A DNA stretch of 64,000 bases from the human T2T-CHM13v2.0 reference genome, Homo sapiens, in the NCBI RefSeq assembly GCF_009914755.1, contig NC_060945.1; one strand, given 5' to 3'. Below are positions 14,926 to 32,971 of this stretch, one piece after another. Position numbers and translations under genes: made by a program. A model generated the notes under the pieces. The model was not told where the DNA came from. It worked only from the letters and a program-made list of their open reading frames with translations, and did not search any database. Within the stretch, counting starts at the first letter, position 1. The number at the start of each line of letters is the position of its first letter.

Positions 14926-15010
14926 TCTCCCTTCCCCTCCCCTCCCCTCCCCTCATTCCCTCCCTCCCTCCCTCCCTCCCTCCCTCCCTCCCTTCCTTCC
15001 TTCCTTCTTT
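14926..15010. repeat. (CCCT)n/(CCTT)n polypyrimidine microsatellite
   Basis: Read directly from the sequence. Confidence 0.9.
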
Positions 15011-16005
15011 TTATAATTCCTGGTCCACGTTTTCTGATTCAAATAGCATTTCTCCTGGTACACATCAAGCAAAGCAGATGCTGAGCAGCTCTCCTGTCTA
15101 CCTGCCATCTGTTAATATGAGAACATTGTTCACAGCCTTGTTCTTCTTGCCCAAACACAGCTAAACAGCCCTTGCATTGCCTGTCACATTTTTTCCCACA
15201 CATTTCAGATCAGCCTGAGATTCAGACTTCGCGACATCTTTTCTAAAGCCGCTTGCTACTCCCACACTTCCATCCTTGGCTCTGGGCTCCTCCCTTATCT
15301 GTTGGGCTGGGAAATGATGGAGAAATGATACCAGGATAATCTAGTGATATTAAAATGTGGAAGGAAGGAATTTCAAAAAACAACATTTGCTAACACTCTG
15401 AATGCTGCAAAGAGGGCTAAAAAATGATGGCTGAAAGGATAATTTGGAGATCAGAGAATAACTGGTCATCTGTCTTCAGGAGAACAGTTACATTTGGGTG
15501 GCGAGTGGAAGGGGACTGTGGGAATTTGGGAGTAATTGAGAGGTAGTGTAGCTGAGGACAGAATACTCTCAAGTATTCAGTGGAGAAAAGAATCAGAGAG
15601 ACAGTAGGATGAAGATATGCAAGCTAGAAGGAATATGTATATGTGCCTCTCTCTGTATATAATATATACATATTTAAAATATAATTAGGGGAAGGCTGAA
15701 GGGTAGTGAATATCGAAATACAAAATCAATAGACCAAGTATTTTTGATGGGCAAACATAAAATTATATAGTAGCTATTGATACTGTGTTAATACATCTTC
15801 TAATTCCAGGTATAATTGATAAACCTTTAGAGCTTACTTAATATTGATGAGACAACCTGTTTCTTACTTGAATATTCAAAATCCTGCAGAAGTTTCATGG
15901 CAAGAGGAGTAGGGTAGGGAGATTGATCTGAACTCTCTTCTAGCTCTGCCTGGACTCATATGTGATTCTGGATAATTCTATAGCTGGCCTTCAGTTTTCA
16001 CGTCA

Positions 16006-16347
<342 letters not shown>

Positions 16348-17380
16348 TCATAATGGGCAGTTCATACTCAACCATTTTGCATGGCTATTGAGAGACTAAG
16401 GCAGGATGGTGTATAGTGAAGTACTATGGAGAAGAAAGAGGAGCGAAACAATGGGAAGCATTAGTAGCCTGTGGATTAGTACATGGTTAGATCGAGTTTT
16501 GGGAAATGGCACCTCTGGTTGGATGAGGAGGCTCCCAGCTTGGTCTTGCCCAGTTCCTGTGTTCTGTTTGTAGACCACAGCTTGCATCCTGGGGTTGTGC
16601 CTGGCATGAAGGTGCACATCAGCAAGGCAGAGCATGACACAGCATGGCGTGGGAGAGTGCCCACCATGGCCCCAGGCACTGCAGCTGTGCAAAGCTTGAG
16701 AGGCTGAACTGCCTCACATTTTGCACACTCAAATGCTTCTTTAAAAAAGAGAAATCTTGTTTATAGCCACATGGCTACATTTTCATATCTGAAGTTCTAG
16801 TTACGTAAAATGGAAGACGCTTAGGTTAATACTTCTACTGGGCAGTCACTTGCAGATATCCACAAAAAAACTTTCTGAGGGTGGCAGATTTTGACCTTAT
16901 ATTACCATCCATCAAAAGGTTTTATTTGCAGCCTCTCCCTCAACAGTCCCTGCCTTTCTGTGGAATTGAAATAGTCTCATAAAGTAGCTATTTTTGCAAG
17001 GGCTATAAACCTGCATTTATGTTTTTATAAGATCCCAAATAGGACTTCCAATCATCACAATGCTCAGATGAAAGCTAATTTGAAAACTGTGGCAGACATA
17101 TATTAAAAAAAGAAGGCCATATATACTGGTAATCTGAAAAAACTGCATGCACAGACACAGACAAAATAGGACACCCAGGCAAGGCAGAGCTCCAGGGCCC
17201 GGCTGAGACCCACAATCCCCTCCTGACTACCCACTCCCTGGCTCCCCTCCACTGGTAGCCCTCGACTCCCCCTCACCCCCATGCTCTTTTGCTTCCCGCT
17301 GTCAGATGCAGAGAGCCTTTTCTATTCAGTTTGCCATAACAAGTTTGATGTTTTAAGAGAATAATTTCATTAAGAAACCA

Positions 17381-17677
17381 AGACAGAAAGAAAGAGAGAG
17401 GAAGAGAAAGAGAGAGGGAGAGAGAGAAAAAAGGAGAGAGAAGGGGAAAGGAAGGAAGGAAGGTAGGGAAGGAGGGAGGGAGGGAGGGAGTGAAGGAGGG
17501 AGGGAGGGAGGGAAGGAGAGAGAAGGAAGGAAGGATAGAAGGAAAGAAGGAAGGTAGGGAAGGAGGGAGGGAGGGAAGGAGGGAGGGAAGGAGAGAAAAG
17601 CAAGGAAGGAAGGAAAAGAAAAGAAAAGAAAAGAAAAAGAAAGAGAAAGAAAGACAAAGAGAAAGAAAGAAAGAAAA
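17381..17677. repeat. GA-rich low-complexity tract ((GGAA)n, (GGGA)n, (GAAA)n)
   Basis: About 300 bp of almost pure purines on the + strand. Confidence 0.92.
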
Positions 17678-19520
17678 CACAAAGCACAGAACTAAAGAGT
17701 TTCAGAGTACAGGCTTCTAATGCCATCTTAGCCACACTTGGTAACGAAAGCTCTAGGGTGCATGTGTGCTACTCATGCATTAACAATGTGGGCTTCCCAC
17801 ATTCAGGGTGGCTTTATGCATTAGTGCTGGGGCATCTATTGAAACTTTGAGTCTATCTCAAGTCTGAGTGTCACTGGGTTCCTGGATGCACATTCCTGCT
17901 TTAGGTTAGTAAAGTTCAAGTTACCTTTTGGTTTTCCAGATGAGGGGAGCTTTGGGCTCATTTGCAGAGCAGATAAATGTCCTGTTAGTACTCAGAAAAT
18001 AACAATGATTTCTCATAACCTACCCCTTAATCTGCCTGCATAGCACCATGAACCCAGATCCTCTCTGGGAACAGTCTCTTCCGGAATTGATCAGTTTTGT
18101 AACAATCCATTTCAAAGCATGTTTAAAATAATAAACACATTTCCATTCAAGAGAAGCAAGACACTCTGCCACAAAAGCATGGTCAAATGTGACATCACTC
18201 ACTGATTTTTATCTTTAGCTTATTTGAAGTCCTGCAGGTTGACCCACACTAACTGGTGCCAACAGAAGCTTGTGCCTTCTTGCGTAAATGCGTACCAAAG
18301 GAGGAGGCTTTTAGAAATATTGGAGTTGATTACTTGACACGGGATCACATTTTATAAGGTTAGGGCTGCTGGGATCTCAGGCCCAACCAGTGACTCACTC
18401 TATAACCTTGCACTTCAAAGGATCTAGAAGTTCAAGAAAAACCAGGGCATCATTAAAAGCAAAATGCGGCTCCTGAACTCCTGGATAAGGTTATAGATTT
18501 AAAAAAAAATGTGGGCACTTGCAGGCAATTTAGAGTTTAGGAGGTCGCCATGCTCTAAAATTAGTAAAGTACTCAGGAAGAGAGAATATAGGTTGACGAC
18601 ACTGCTAGAGTCCCATTTTCTTTCTTTCTTTCTAAAATTTTACATAAAATAACATTATATTATATTCATCTAACTAGGTTACTTGTCTATACAGTAAAAC
18701 ATACTCAGCTTATAAACATTTTTGCTGTTTCTAGCAATTGAAAAATGTGATCAATTTCAACCATATAAAATTGATCCCACCTAATCACTCTAAAAACATC
18801 CACTGGGGATCCCTATAATATTTTTCTATAATTCAAATCTCCTTATTTCCATTTTTGATCCTGATAGATGGTTGCTCACGCAACACTGACATGTTACTAG
18901 AAATGTTGTCCTTAATTTTGACAATCAAAATATTCTGTCTGTAGAGTCTGTAAATATATTTGAACTTATTCTCCCAGAGGCACAGAGTCTGTACCTTATG
19001 TGGGTTCGCTTGTTATTGGGTGATTCGACTAATGCACTCCGGATATTTAATAGACAGGCACCTATTCCTTTAAACTCTGCAGCTGCAATTTCCCTCCATG
19101 AGTGAGTTGAAAATACTTTGTATCATTAATGAACATTTCAGGGCCCTGCAGGGCTAAGAAACAAACGTCTTTCTGGGGCAATGCCTGACCTTTCATCGAT
19201 TCCCCTTTACCACCCTCACCTCTGGCGCTGTCCTTTTATGGCAGTGCTTTGCACAGTTACGGAGATGAGTCTGCCCCTTGCAAGCCTTGACCCACTGCCA
19301 CTACAATGTCACCTTTATAGTTCTGAGTCTTAGAAATCTCTTCTCTCTCTAGGACCTGGCTAAACTCTTGTGATCAAATAGAAATGGTCAACCAGCAAAT
19401 GTTACCACTAGTTTAAAAAAAGGTTCCATCTTGCACCTGGTAGATAATCTACAGTGGTTTGTCAAACTGAATTTATTGCAGTGTGTCTACATTAAAACTT
19501 GCCATTCAGAAGTGGTGTGA

Positions 19521-19865
<345 letters not shown>

Positions 19866-22159
19866 TCTCCTGTCAGATTCTTGATTTGAGAGAACCCTTT
19901 ATTAGCCATGTACAAAATGCCGAACTGCAGATACCTTTGTGCCATGGCAAGCTACTTTTCTGAAATCCTTTGCTCCTTAACATCTCTTAGTAATACTCCC
20001 TCTTTCCCTCAGCACTTACTTTCTTCCTACTGAAACCTTTGTGTTGGATTTACCTTTTCCCCAGAACATAGAAATCAAAACTATTTCCGGAGAATGAAAG
20101 GCCATGTTCTCTGAGGTGATAGACTGCTGTCTTTACCAAAACCAACTGCAAAACACTAGTGTCTGGAAGCAGGGAGGCCAACAATAAAAATGCCAGCCCC
20201 AGGATGTTTTCTGGAGATAGCCCTTGTACAGCAACAATTAAATTACAAGGAACTACTAAGAATACAAATACAGGGTGCATGGGTCATCATTTCAACCCAA
20301 AGGCCTCACTCAGTAAGAGCCCACAGCACCTTTAACTGGAGGTGCTCTCAGCGAGAGGAAATGCACAGCTGGGGTGCTCAAGTTCGAAGGTGAGTAGGAA
20401 AAATAAAATAGTAGCTGAGAAGGATGGAGAGCAATAGGAGTCAGGGAAAAGAAGAAAAAGTGAATTTGGCGAGGGTGTAGACCGATGAGAAGCATTACCT
20501 AGATGCTTAACTCTTGTGATTAAATCAAAATCATTAATAAGAAATATTTACTATTGGTTTTTAGAAACATCATACAGACAATGTGCAGCCTTCTAAATGC
20601 AAGTAGTTAGACATAGTTGTCTAATGGTAACAAGGAAAGACACCCTTGGTATCTCATAATAATTCTCCTAAAGTCCAGGCCACTGTGAACAAGGGTTATG
20701 AAAACATCCTTTTTGTGTTTTAGTGATGAACTGAATGGAATTCAACATGGTCCACATTATATGGAACTTCTCACCATAATGGGCTGTATTATACACTTGT
20801 AGTTCTGTTTTACTTAGCACTGAAGTAGCCTCCCTTTTCCTCTCCACTTGGGATTAATCCGTCCTTCTTTTTCACTGATGCGGTCTTTCTTTGAAGCCCT
20901 ATTTCTGTATTCATGACATGTTTTGTCTTTCACTGGTAGCTGCTTATGGGCCTACCTCCTACCTTAAACCTAGAGTTCAGAAAGCTCTTTCTTCTCATCT
21001 TTGTGTATTAAGCACCTAGCATTCACTCAAGTAATGTCTGCAAAATTAAAAGATAATTGGTTCGCACGATTGCGAAAGAACATTTCAAGGAGACTGATGG
21101 CTGACCTGAATTATTGGGCTGCAGGAGATTTACATGGACAGATTCTTAATTGTACAGATGAAGTACAATGTACTTCAGAATTGTAATTTGTTGGCAGAGC
21201 AAAAGCAAGTTGATAGTGAAATGTACCAGAATTCCATAAAAAGCAGTGCTTTGGTGCTTTGGATAAGTGAAGACAGGTGAAAATATTACCATGTTCTCTG
21301 CTCTAAGTGGATTATGGTCAAATTAAGTATTTACAGAAGAGGTCAACGTTTTCTAAATGTATCAGTAAAGTTTGGGATATGTTTTGAGGAGAGAGTGCTT
21401 CCAGATTTGTACTTTGAACATAACTTTGAAACACACATAGGATGCTGCATAGCAGTATCCCACACTGCACTGATATTAAAATGAAAATCCCTTGTAATAC
21501 ACGTTACCGAAAAAGTGGCTTAGTTAAACACCCTCACTGGTAAAGGGCAAAGGACCTGGGAACACGTCTGCACAGTTTCATATTTGAAATAACTCCCTGT
21601 CCTCACATTGCAGAGCAAGGGCAAGTAAGGGCTCTTGGCCAGAAGCTGAGAACAGCCTCATCACAGAACGACACGGGGCTGGACATTATAATCATGGTGT
21701 CTGTTCACAATGGAGCTCATCTGGCCTGGCTTCTCCAGCCTTCATTATGTTTTTGCTACATTAGAGTGAAACTCTTACACTGGGCTTCAGCTCCCGTTTC
21801 TAATTTGGGATGGCATGTGTCCTCTGCCTCACAATGCTTCACCAGTATCCTAAGCCCTCAATTTCCACTTCCAGTCAGTCAAGTAATTCTCATTCCCAGA
21901 GCAAATCTGATAGATCTTTTCATAGAAAGCCACAATTGGTGGCTTTGCTGGACCCACTGAAAATTTAAGAGACTAGAGTTAAAAAATTAATTTTCCTTGC
22001 ATACCAACAGCTAGGATTTAGGGGACAGGTTGGCTTTCACCTGATTTCTGACCGAGATAGGAACATTCTTATTGCTCTTCCCTGAGGCTCTGCAGTCTCG
22101 CTGAAGGAATGTCAGAGAACCAGGCAGTGGAGGGACCTGGGTTAAAGAGGGAAGAGTCA

Positions 22160-22459
<300 letters not shown>

Positions 22460-25400
22460 CTATTAATGAAGACGGCATGGCGGAGCTTTTAGGGATGACA
22501 GGTTATAAAAATCGCGCTGTGTGATCCAAGGGTGTTGGAGGTGATGAGAAATGAAAAGAACTCTGTCTCTAGGCCCTGGCTAACTTTTTTTCTTATTTAT
22601 TTCCCTCCCTCTGCCTGAACTTCCAACTTATTCTATAGTGCACGTTTGAAAAGGACTTCATTTTGCAATGCACTACAGTGTGCAGGCACTTGAAAGCATG
22701 AGGCCCAGGCTTGGTGCTGACAAAAGCCACATGCATCTACCCAGAATTAAGTGTTCCCTTGACTGTCACCCACAGTACAATTGATAGAGACTATTCGAAA
22801 AAATTGCACATCAAAGAATGAACAAAAGGTTGGGCAAATGGACAGAAGCGCGTGTGCAGGGAGAGGGTCCTAGATACACTGGCATAAAGAAACTCAAATC
22901 CCTTGTGATTAGGTAATTTGCTGGCTTTTATCGCAGGTGTAAGACCAAATCTACTTCAACAGCTGTGGTTTGAGGGTACAAGAGCTACAGACAGCTTTTC
23001 AAAGGGGACCCAACTAGGTTTCTAAAGGAGCCTACTTTTGATCAGGCATGGTTAAATAGTGCTACAAAATCTAGATTATTTCGAGTAATAAGGAAACACT
23101 GAAGGAAGATGAACTCTGAGCTATCTTAAGCTGCCTTCTATCCAGATGCTCAGTACCGTGGGTGCAGAGATCTAAACACAGGCATCCACTTTTTATGAGG
23201 TATATATTTTGCTACCCTCCATTATATAAGATGCTCCACGCCACTGCACTTTCCATGTACAACAAGGGCCAGAAAGTCAGCACTTCAGGAAAAGAGAATG
23301 CAAAAATAATATAATTTCTCCCTCAGCAAAACGGTCTTTATCCTGCATTTAGTAAGCAGAGCAGGGATAATGGAATCCTCGTTCCTCTGTGATCTCTGCT
23401 AAAGCTGAGAAGAGTGTTCTCCCAACTTTAAAGTGTTTTTGTGGAAGCCCAAGTCTCCAAATGCTTAGAAATTCAGGAAAGAGGCACTTACAGGATGCCC
23501 ATGAAGAGGGGTCTGCAAAACCAAGACAACACTAGGTCAAGCAGAAACATTCGGCTAAGGAAATGGCAGAAGAAAGAGTGAGATCATTAAATGGAGGACT
23601 CTGAAACCTGAGTGGTATGAATGTAGGCTGCCAATCTTGGCTTTCTCAAGATAACAAAGTTCTTCAGGCAGATGTGACAATAGAGGCTATCCATTCATGA
23701 GACTGGTCCAAAGAAATCTGTAATCTCTCTCAAGGAAAATATAAATATGCAGCCATATTTCTTAGTGTAATAAAGTGATTTCATATTTCCAAAACGTAAA
23801 GGTAGCTTGCAGCATTTTTCAAAATTTGGGATCTTGGATAAAGTGAGAAAATTATATCTTTTCTTAGAAGACAAACATTTAAAATCCGCAGAACACTTTG
23901 TGAATTAGAATCACAGTTTCAAATTCTACACGAGTAGTTTCTAATTAAATCATTAGCTGTGAGCATATCATCAGTGTGCACATTTAAGCTGGGTGCCCAG
24001 GCATCTGCACATATTATAGAGAAGCTGGGAACCAGAGTGTGAATATTGCAAGATAATGATCTAAAGTAAAAAAGATACTTACTACTCAAATGTGTGCTGG
24101 TTAACAGAGGATTTTGGTGCACCCTTAAATGCTAAGTAAAGTGTCTGGTAAGTGTCAAAGTTCTTTATTTTGTAAGATCAAATAATTCAACCATATTACG
24201 GGGAGAGGCCAGCTTGGAAGTGCTCCTCTGCCTCTGGGTGATGCTTTGTGATGGGGACACCTTTGAATGAAGTCACTGAAGAGTGAGGGCTATAAAATTA
24301 GAAAGAGGCAGCCCATGAAAAGCATCAGCCCTTGAAGAGAAAAGTTGTTGTCTGGGAGGGCATAGGCTATTCTGGGGCCATAGGACAGAGCCCGTGCAGA
24401 GGCCAGGGACCCCGGCTAGCGTAACCAACACTAGAAGAGCTTTCTACAAGCTCAAGGTCTTCCTACAGCCCTGAGACCCAGGCCAGAAGTGCCAGGAAGA
24501 CCCTGGACTCTGGCAGAGAAGGATGTTGTGGAAAAATGACCTTGGACAGGAGATTTGGGGTAGGTCTGCTCTGTGTGCCAAAGCAAGAAGAGCCAGCCCT
24601 GGGCCATCCGGACATTATAGGAGAAATTGGTCAGATGAAAATCCCAGGCAATGTCACCTCATTAGCTCCTGGTGGTCATTTCTGTGGGTCCTTAGGTTCA
24701 CAGCCACTCTTCTTAGGATGGCATAAACTGTGCTCCAAGGAGCTACCTGCTGGAGCTTTAATAAAGCGGCCTCCCAAATGCACAAAGTAAAGAAAGAATC
24801 ACTCTCCTAGAGAGCAATGCTGATGCTTTTCATGGGCTGCCTCTGTCTAATTTTACAGCCCTCAGTTATGAGTGACTTCATTGAAAGGCATCCCCTCACA
24901 AAGCATCACCCACAGGTAGAGGAGCACTTCCAACGTGGTCTTGGCTTGGCTGTCAATAAAGGGTTTGGGTGTTTCTTGGTTAACTCATTCAACACTGTGG
25001 TCTAGCCTGACCAACAGGCAGTGAATAGAAGGCTCTGAGGAGAGTTGCACTGGAGTTCCAACTCATCCTGATGCATTGCTGCCGTTTTTACCTTGCAATT
25101 AGAGCACCTAACTCAATCCTTGCTGTTCCCCTAGTGAGAAATGAGCATCAGCCCGCTGCTACTGGGACTTTCTAAAGTTCCCCTACTAAGTTGCAGTCGA
25201 GGACTCGCTCCTTTCAGCTTCACTGGGCTTAGCATTTGTTCAGTTAGCAATAAATGGCCCTTGATACCAGAAAAAATGAGTGAGATTTTAAACCATTTAT
25301 TTTTGGTTAACTAATGTCAAGAGACACCTCACCTAGTTTTTGGAAAGTAAATGCAAGTGGCAAGTGTGTGTGAGTTTGTGTGTGTGCACGTGTTCATGGA

Positions 25401-25864
25401 TTCCTATTATTATCCTATTTCCATCAGTGGCCCTGCTCCTGCCCAGAGACTAACATAAGCTCCTTTACCATGGAAAATTGTTTTTGCACATGCAGTTTAG
25501 GGTGTAATGAGTGCAAAAAAGAAAGTTGTTATGTGGATTGGGATGAGGTGGGGAAAGGGGTGGGAGACAACAAAAGCAATGTTAGCTCATAGACATCAAC
25601 ACAAGCACAGAACCACAGGGTCAAGAGTCCTTCAGCCCTAAGAGAAATCACTCCTGCCCCATGACTCCCCAGTGAGACCCCCTATGGCCCTGAGTCTCTT
25701 ATTTCTGGACACACAGTGATGGTCATCTGGATATAACGAACTAGGGAGCCCCAGACAGAGTCCATTGAATCCCGAAAGCCTAATGGGCTCCGTGGGCACT
25801 GGTCAAACTATGGCAAAGATGATGTTCGATGGGAAAGGGGCAGGGCCCACGTGCACATCCCTCA

Positions 25865-26221
<357 letters not shown>

Positions 26222-27299
26222 TCACAGGACACATGGGGAGGCCATCAGCATCTTCACGCATTTCCCTCGGACTGCTTCCTCCAGCGAGGCCAGGAGCTCA
26301 GTCCAAGTCTGGCTCACAGGCCACTGGCAACTTGTCCCCTGTTAATAGAGACTTTATGGACCAACAGGCTTTCTCCAACTGTAATGACCTGGGTGTGTGA
26401 CAGAAAATTGTATGGGTGGAGGTTATTTTGGGGTATCTTAGAGTTCCCTAAAGAACAATAGGATGTTCACATATGGGTTTCCTTCTGTGGTTTGCGGGGC
26501 AGTGTGCTGGGCACTTTTTCCATCCTCATGTGATGAACCTGATTCAAGAGAAGACAGAGTTGGATTTGGGAAGCACCAACAGATTTTCCTCCACAACTAA
26601 ACACTTGGTCTTGGTGCCCAGGGACCTAAAGGATATATTTCTGCATAAATCAATCCCCGATCATTTGACCTCTTACCACTTGTTACCCAAAACTGTGGCA
26701 CCAGGCACAAATAATACCCTTGCTATCTCATTACACGCTCTCCTGCCATCTGACCCCACCCCACCTGGTAGGACTCCTATGGGAGGGAAGCCTGCAAAGA
26801 CATCTCCTCACCTTCTTCCTATGCCCACATAGAGCTGCATCATCCCTCCTTCCTTCTGGAGTTCCTGGGACAAAACCTCTTTCTCTGAATATCATTTCTT
26901 TGGGATTCATCTCCTTGAAAGTCCACATTTTAGATTAAAAAAAAAACAAACGCAATTTACCCCATCATTTTCCCTCTGAAAAGCGGTGGCTATGTGGCAA
27001 TGTGGAAATGATAGGAAGGTGGAGGCAAGGGTGGCTAAGGGAGAAGGGCACCTCCAAACGGCTGAGAGGGCAAGCGCCACGCTTCATGGCTGCCCAGCCT
27101 TGGCACCTCACATTCACACCAACGCCCTTGATTTTCAAACTGACATTCTTCTTTTTAACTGCAAATGAAACAATAAAAGAGAGGACCAGAACACTCTGGA
27201 AGGTCCAGCTGTCCCTCTCATTATGCCGTGGCACTGCTGAAGCCATGTGAGGAATGACAAAGTTCAAACACATAAACGTAAAACATGATGGATCTTTTA

Positions 27300-27671
<372 letters not shown>

Positions 27672-29393
27672 TCAGAAGGAACATTTTCGCTCTTTCTGAT
27701 TCCAGGAAATGTAACCCAGCCTGGGAGAAGCACCATGATGTATTGATTAGTGAGTCATTTGGGCCACACCAGACATTATCACTGTGAAGTATTGCTGTTT
27801 TCTGCTCATTCTCTTCTAAAAGCCATATTGAGCAGCAGGGAATACTTAAGTTGCCAAATATCTGTCCCTCAGATCATACATGCCTGAATCCTTGAGTGAA
27901 GACATAGGCTGAAGCTGTTATTTTTGCAAGACACTCGAATCTCTGGGAAAGGGATACATTATCAATGGGAGTAGAGATTTCTTCAACTGCCTCACTCCTC
28001 ATGTACTCCTGGTCTCACAGTTCACAGACACTAGGAGAAACAGCTCCAAGTCTTGCAGCCATCCCACTATTCTGACAGTAACCTGGCTTCTCTTTGGTTT
28101 GAAAAATTCCTCCAACAATTCATTCCCCCACATGAGCACTACCTCTACTTTTACAACTAGTAAGGATGACTGTCCACTCTAGAGCACTCACTCCATGCCA
28201 AGCCCTGTCCTAAGCCCTTTGCTTACAGTATTTCTGCAACCCTATGGAACAGTGACGACTCTCCCACAGAACACGTGGGACACTGAAGTCCAGAGCAGTT
28301 AAGCGGTGAGTCCCAAGTGCTGAAAGGAGGACGCAGACCCTGCAGTCAGCCTGAAGCCCATGTTCTTCACCCCTGTGAATGCTGAAATATTCTTCCTGTT
28401 AACTCCTTCAGCCCTGTTATCTGCAGCCATGTTCCTTCTCCACCCTGGCTAGCTGGCCTGGAACATGGTGTGTTTGCAACAACGGGTTGGTACCTTCTAT
28501 TCCTGTCCTGTGGAGCTCCATTTTAATAAAAATAAAGCATTTTTTTCCCTGCACACTACAGTGTCTCCTAAACCCAAATGGGCAGGTTTGCTGATTTCCA
28601 CACCCCTTACATGGCGATCACTCATCTCTGATGCCTCCTTCTGAGGTCATTGTCAGTATCTCCCCTACTCCTTTCAGCCTTCCCTCACCACTGGCCTTCT
28701 GTGGCCATAGGGTCCCTCCTCCTTCCTGAGCCTTTGTGTTCCTCATCTGACCTCCATAAAGCTCCTTCAGTACCTGACAGGTGATACCTGTGCACCTGCT
28801 CCCAGCCACATCCCAGCCTGTATTCCAGCCGCCCTACACATTGTAGGGACTCTGCTTTCCTCCCACTTTCCACCCTCGAAGCCACCTCAAAAAACTCCTC
28901 TAATCCTTGGTGATAGGCCTGTATAGTTCCCTGTCCCCTGCTATCATCCTCAGTGCCATCAGTGTCCATCAGTGTGGGCACACAACTTACGACACCTCCT
29001 GATGATGGCAATGGCTTTGGCCACTACTGTGTTTCAGGAATGCTGGGTTACCTTTGTCTTGGAAACTCTCCCTCACTAAAACTGGCTTCATCTGGAAGAC
29101 CTTGTGCTCTGACACACCCTTCTTGTTCTACCTCTCCCATGCTCTCACACTTGTAGAATCCAAGCCTCATTTCATTTGAGCCTAAAACCTAGGGTCCCTC
29201 GAGCCCATCCCTAGGTGCCCCCTATTTTTTTCCTATAAGAAGGTTCTCTAGTCAGCCTGGAACCTTTGGTAGGCCATTTCAACAAGGAGCCTAGTTTCTC
29301 TCACTCTTCAGACTTCTGGCAATGCTTATGTTACTGGTAATCTGTGATCCACTTTTCTTCCCAGCTGTCCAGAATCATTTAGAAAAGTCATTA

Positions 29394-29784
<391 letters not shown>

Positions 29785-30355
29785 TCATCTATTAATGACT
29801 CTCTGTGCATTCCACAAGGCAGCTATTACAAACCTATCCCATGCTCCTCAAATCCACAGACACATCCTCACCACGATTTTAAAAAAATCACCTCACTTTT
29901 TCTTTCCTAAAAGAAAAAAAAAAAAAAAGATCTTCCCTTCACCCATTGGAGTGCTGATAAATGTTTAACAACTGGTTCTTGGAGAGGAGAAAAAAGGCTC
30001 TGATTTGTAGCATTTCTGATTTCCATGGTGAGGGAATGTTCTTAGGGTGGCTGTGGCCACTGAGCATGAAGCTGGGAAGGGATGTGGCACCTCACTCTCG
30101 GAGCTGGAAGGAGCTGCTCCAGCACACTACTGATGTCACTCTGAAATGCTCCTGACTTCCTGTTTACTTCCCAGCCTTCTTTCTCTCTCAGAAGAAAGGA
30201 TGTTCTCTGCCTTAGGAAGTCTAAGCCCCTATTCTCTCTCCCCGGCCCTGGGACCTCCTTTATGGTACAGGCCCTCTTTCCTGTGTATCTTCTGTCTCTA
30301 GCTTAACTCCACCCACACTAGAACGACCATGCTCACTCCTTCCATATAAACCTCA

Positions 30356-30663
<308 letters not shown>

Positions 30664-31109
30664 TCTTGTTTATACACCTCAACTATGAACTAATTGCAAA
30701 GGTTTTGTGCAAATAGATTGTTTTACATCTACACTTTAGGTCCTCTGTCTTTTATTACTTTCTAAGTCAGGACAGTACCCATGGTTACATAAATGAATGA
30801 CTTTGTGTTGACAAAATAAAAAAGAAACAGTGTTTAGAATCTCAAAAAAGAGATATCCAAATTTCTTTTTTCTTTCTTTCTTGCAACTGTTGATATTTCA
30901 CTCTTAAATGAGCATCCTTGGATGAATGATTTGAATTTCAACAAATATCCTAAAAATAAATGTATGGTTTCTTTCTTAGGTAATGGAGGGATTGTTTATA
31001 TGACGTATTTTTGGGGGAGAATAAAGTAACACATACCAGTCATTTGCTGAAGATGTGTCACTTATTGGCATGTGGATCACACAACTAATCAACTATTGTG
31101 GACAATCTA

Positions 31110-31259
<150 letters not shown>

Positions 31260-31713
31260 TCACATCTTTAACTTTCCTGAACAGTCATTTACCAACTCAT
31301 TTTTAACAGCCATTTATTAAATAAGTGTTTCAGTTTGCCAAAATATACAATTCACTTCTGTCAAAATGTCTATTTAGTTGATATCCTGGGCTAAAGAGAT
31401 AGAACGGAGTGAATCTATTATTTAAAAAAAAATTCAGCCACATTTCTACTTGGATTCATATCTAACTCATTTCCTCACCAGTTCCTTGACTGTCTGAGTT
31501 ATTTATCACTAATTGAAATCTTCTTTAAACTTACTAAGGATACATGCCTCATTTTACTATGAATTTCAGCCATGAAATTTAAGTGAAAAAGATAAATGGC
31601 ATCCACTTAGCAGTTCCGTTCTTCTCAGGATGGAAAAGGGGAAGGAGGAAAAATAGCTAGTGGGAAAAAGAATTGCAAAAATCTTCACTTTCTAAGCTAT
31701 TGCTCCAAGATGC

Positions 31714-31714
<1 letters not shown>

Positions 31715-31756
<42 letters not shown>
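31715..31756. repeat. (AC)21 microsatellite
   Basis: Perfect dinucleotide run. Confidence 0.97.
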
Positions 31757-31761
<5 letters not shown>

Positions 31762-32779
31762 ATCAAAAGCAGGCCTTTGAACTGCAGAATATGAACTGGT
31801 CTCTCTTACAAGGCTTGTAGAATACATACTGGTAAGTAAGTCTGGATGGGTTCTGAGGGCAGAAACACTAAAGAAATTCAGAATCAGGTTATCCAAATCA
31901 TATAGAAAGCTTCATATAAAATTCCCTTCTCTTTTCCTCTGAGAGAAGCCTAATATATTGACCTATCTCTTCAGAGTCATAATATAGTGCCTGTCTTCCA
32001 AAATTCCCTGGAATTCTCCTGACTTCAATTAATTTGAAATTCAAGATCAATTTTGCAGCATTTTTAGAAATATAGTTCTTTTCCTTTCCTTCCATCCCAC
32101 CGAGAACAGTATTGATTTTATTTTTACTTGCTGTAATCTATTAATGTGACAACACCTAAATCCAAAGAAGCACACACTTTGATTTTTCTACTAATAAAAT
32201 ATTGCTGTGCATACAAATCTGAACTCAATCACTTATTGATTGGGATTTACACAAAATTTTAACATGACAATCTTTTGAAGTTGTGCACATTTTGTGTATG
32301 ATATCAAGAAAAATACTTAGTATTAAATACATAGCTAAATACTACAGCGATCTACTTAGAGCTCCAGTTACTTTCATTTTTTAAAATACATTGCATATAA
32401 AAATTGAGTTAATTAGCATACAAAAAAGACCACAATTCAGACTTGTTTTTTGTTTGTGTTTTCTGGGATACACTTACATATATGTAGAGTAAACAGTGCA
32501 ATTAATGGAAATTATTAAGAAGGACTTTTTTAGACATGTACACATAAAGAAAAAAGAGACTAGGCATTCTGTATGCAAAGATGTTTTGTATCTCAGTATT
32601 TCTGAGGTTGTGAATGCTTTGTATTTTCTTTGATTTGTTTAATTATATTTTGCAAAATGAACATGTGTTTTCTTTTTCTGTAATATGGAAACAGAAGTTA
32701 GCTCTTTATAAGGGCTGATTTTAAAATTTGTTCAGTGCTACTTTTTGCATAGAAAGCATACATGTAAAAGATATCATTA

Positions 32780-32971
<192 letters not shown>

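Noticed and set aside
17273-17735. 109-135 aa S/L/P/F-rich ORFs
   Set aside because: Artefacts of a stop-free CT/GA microsatellite
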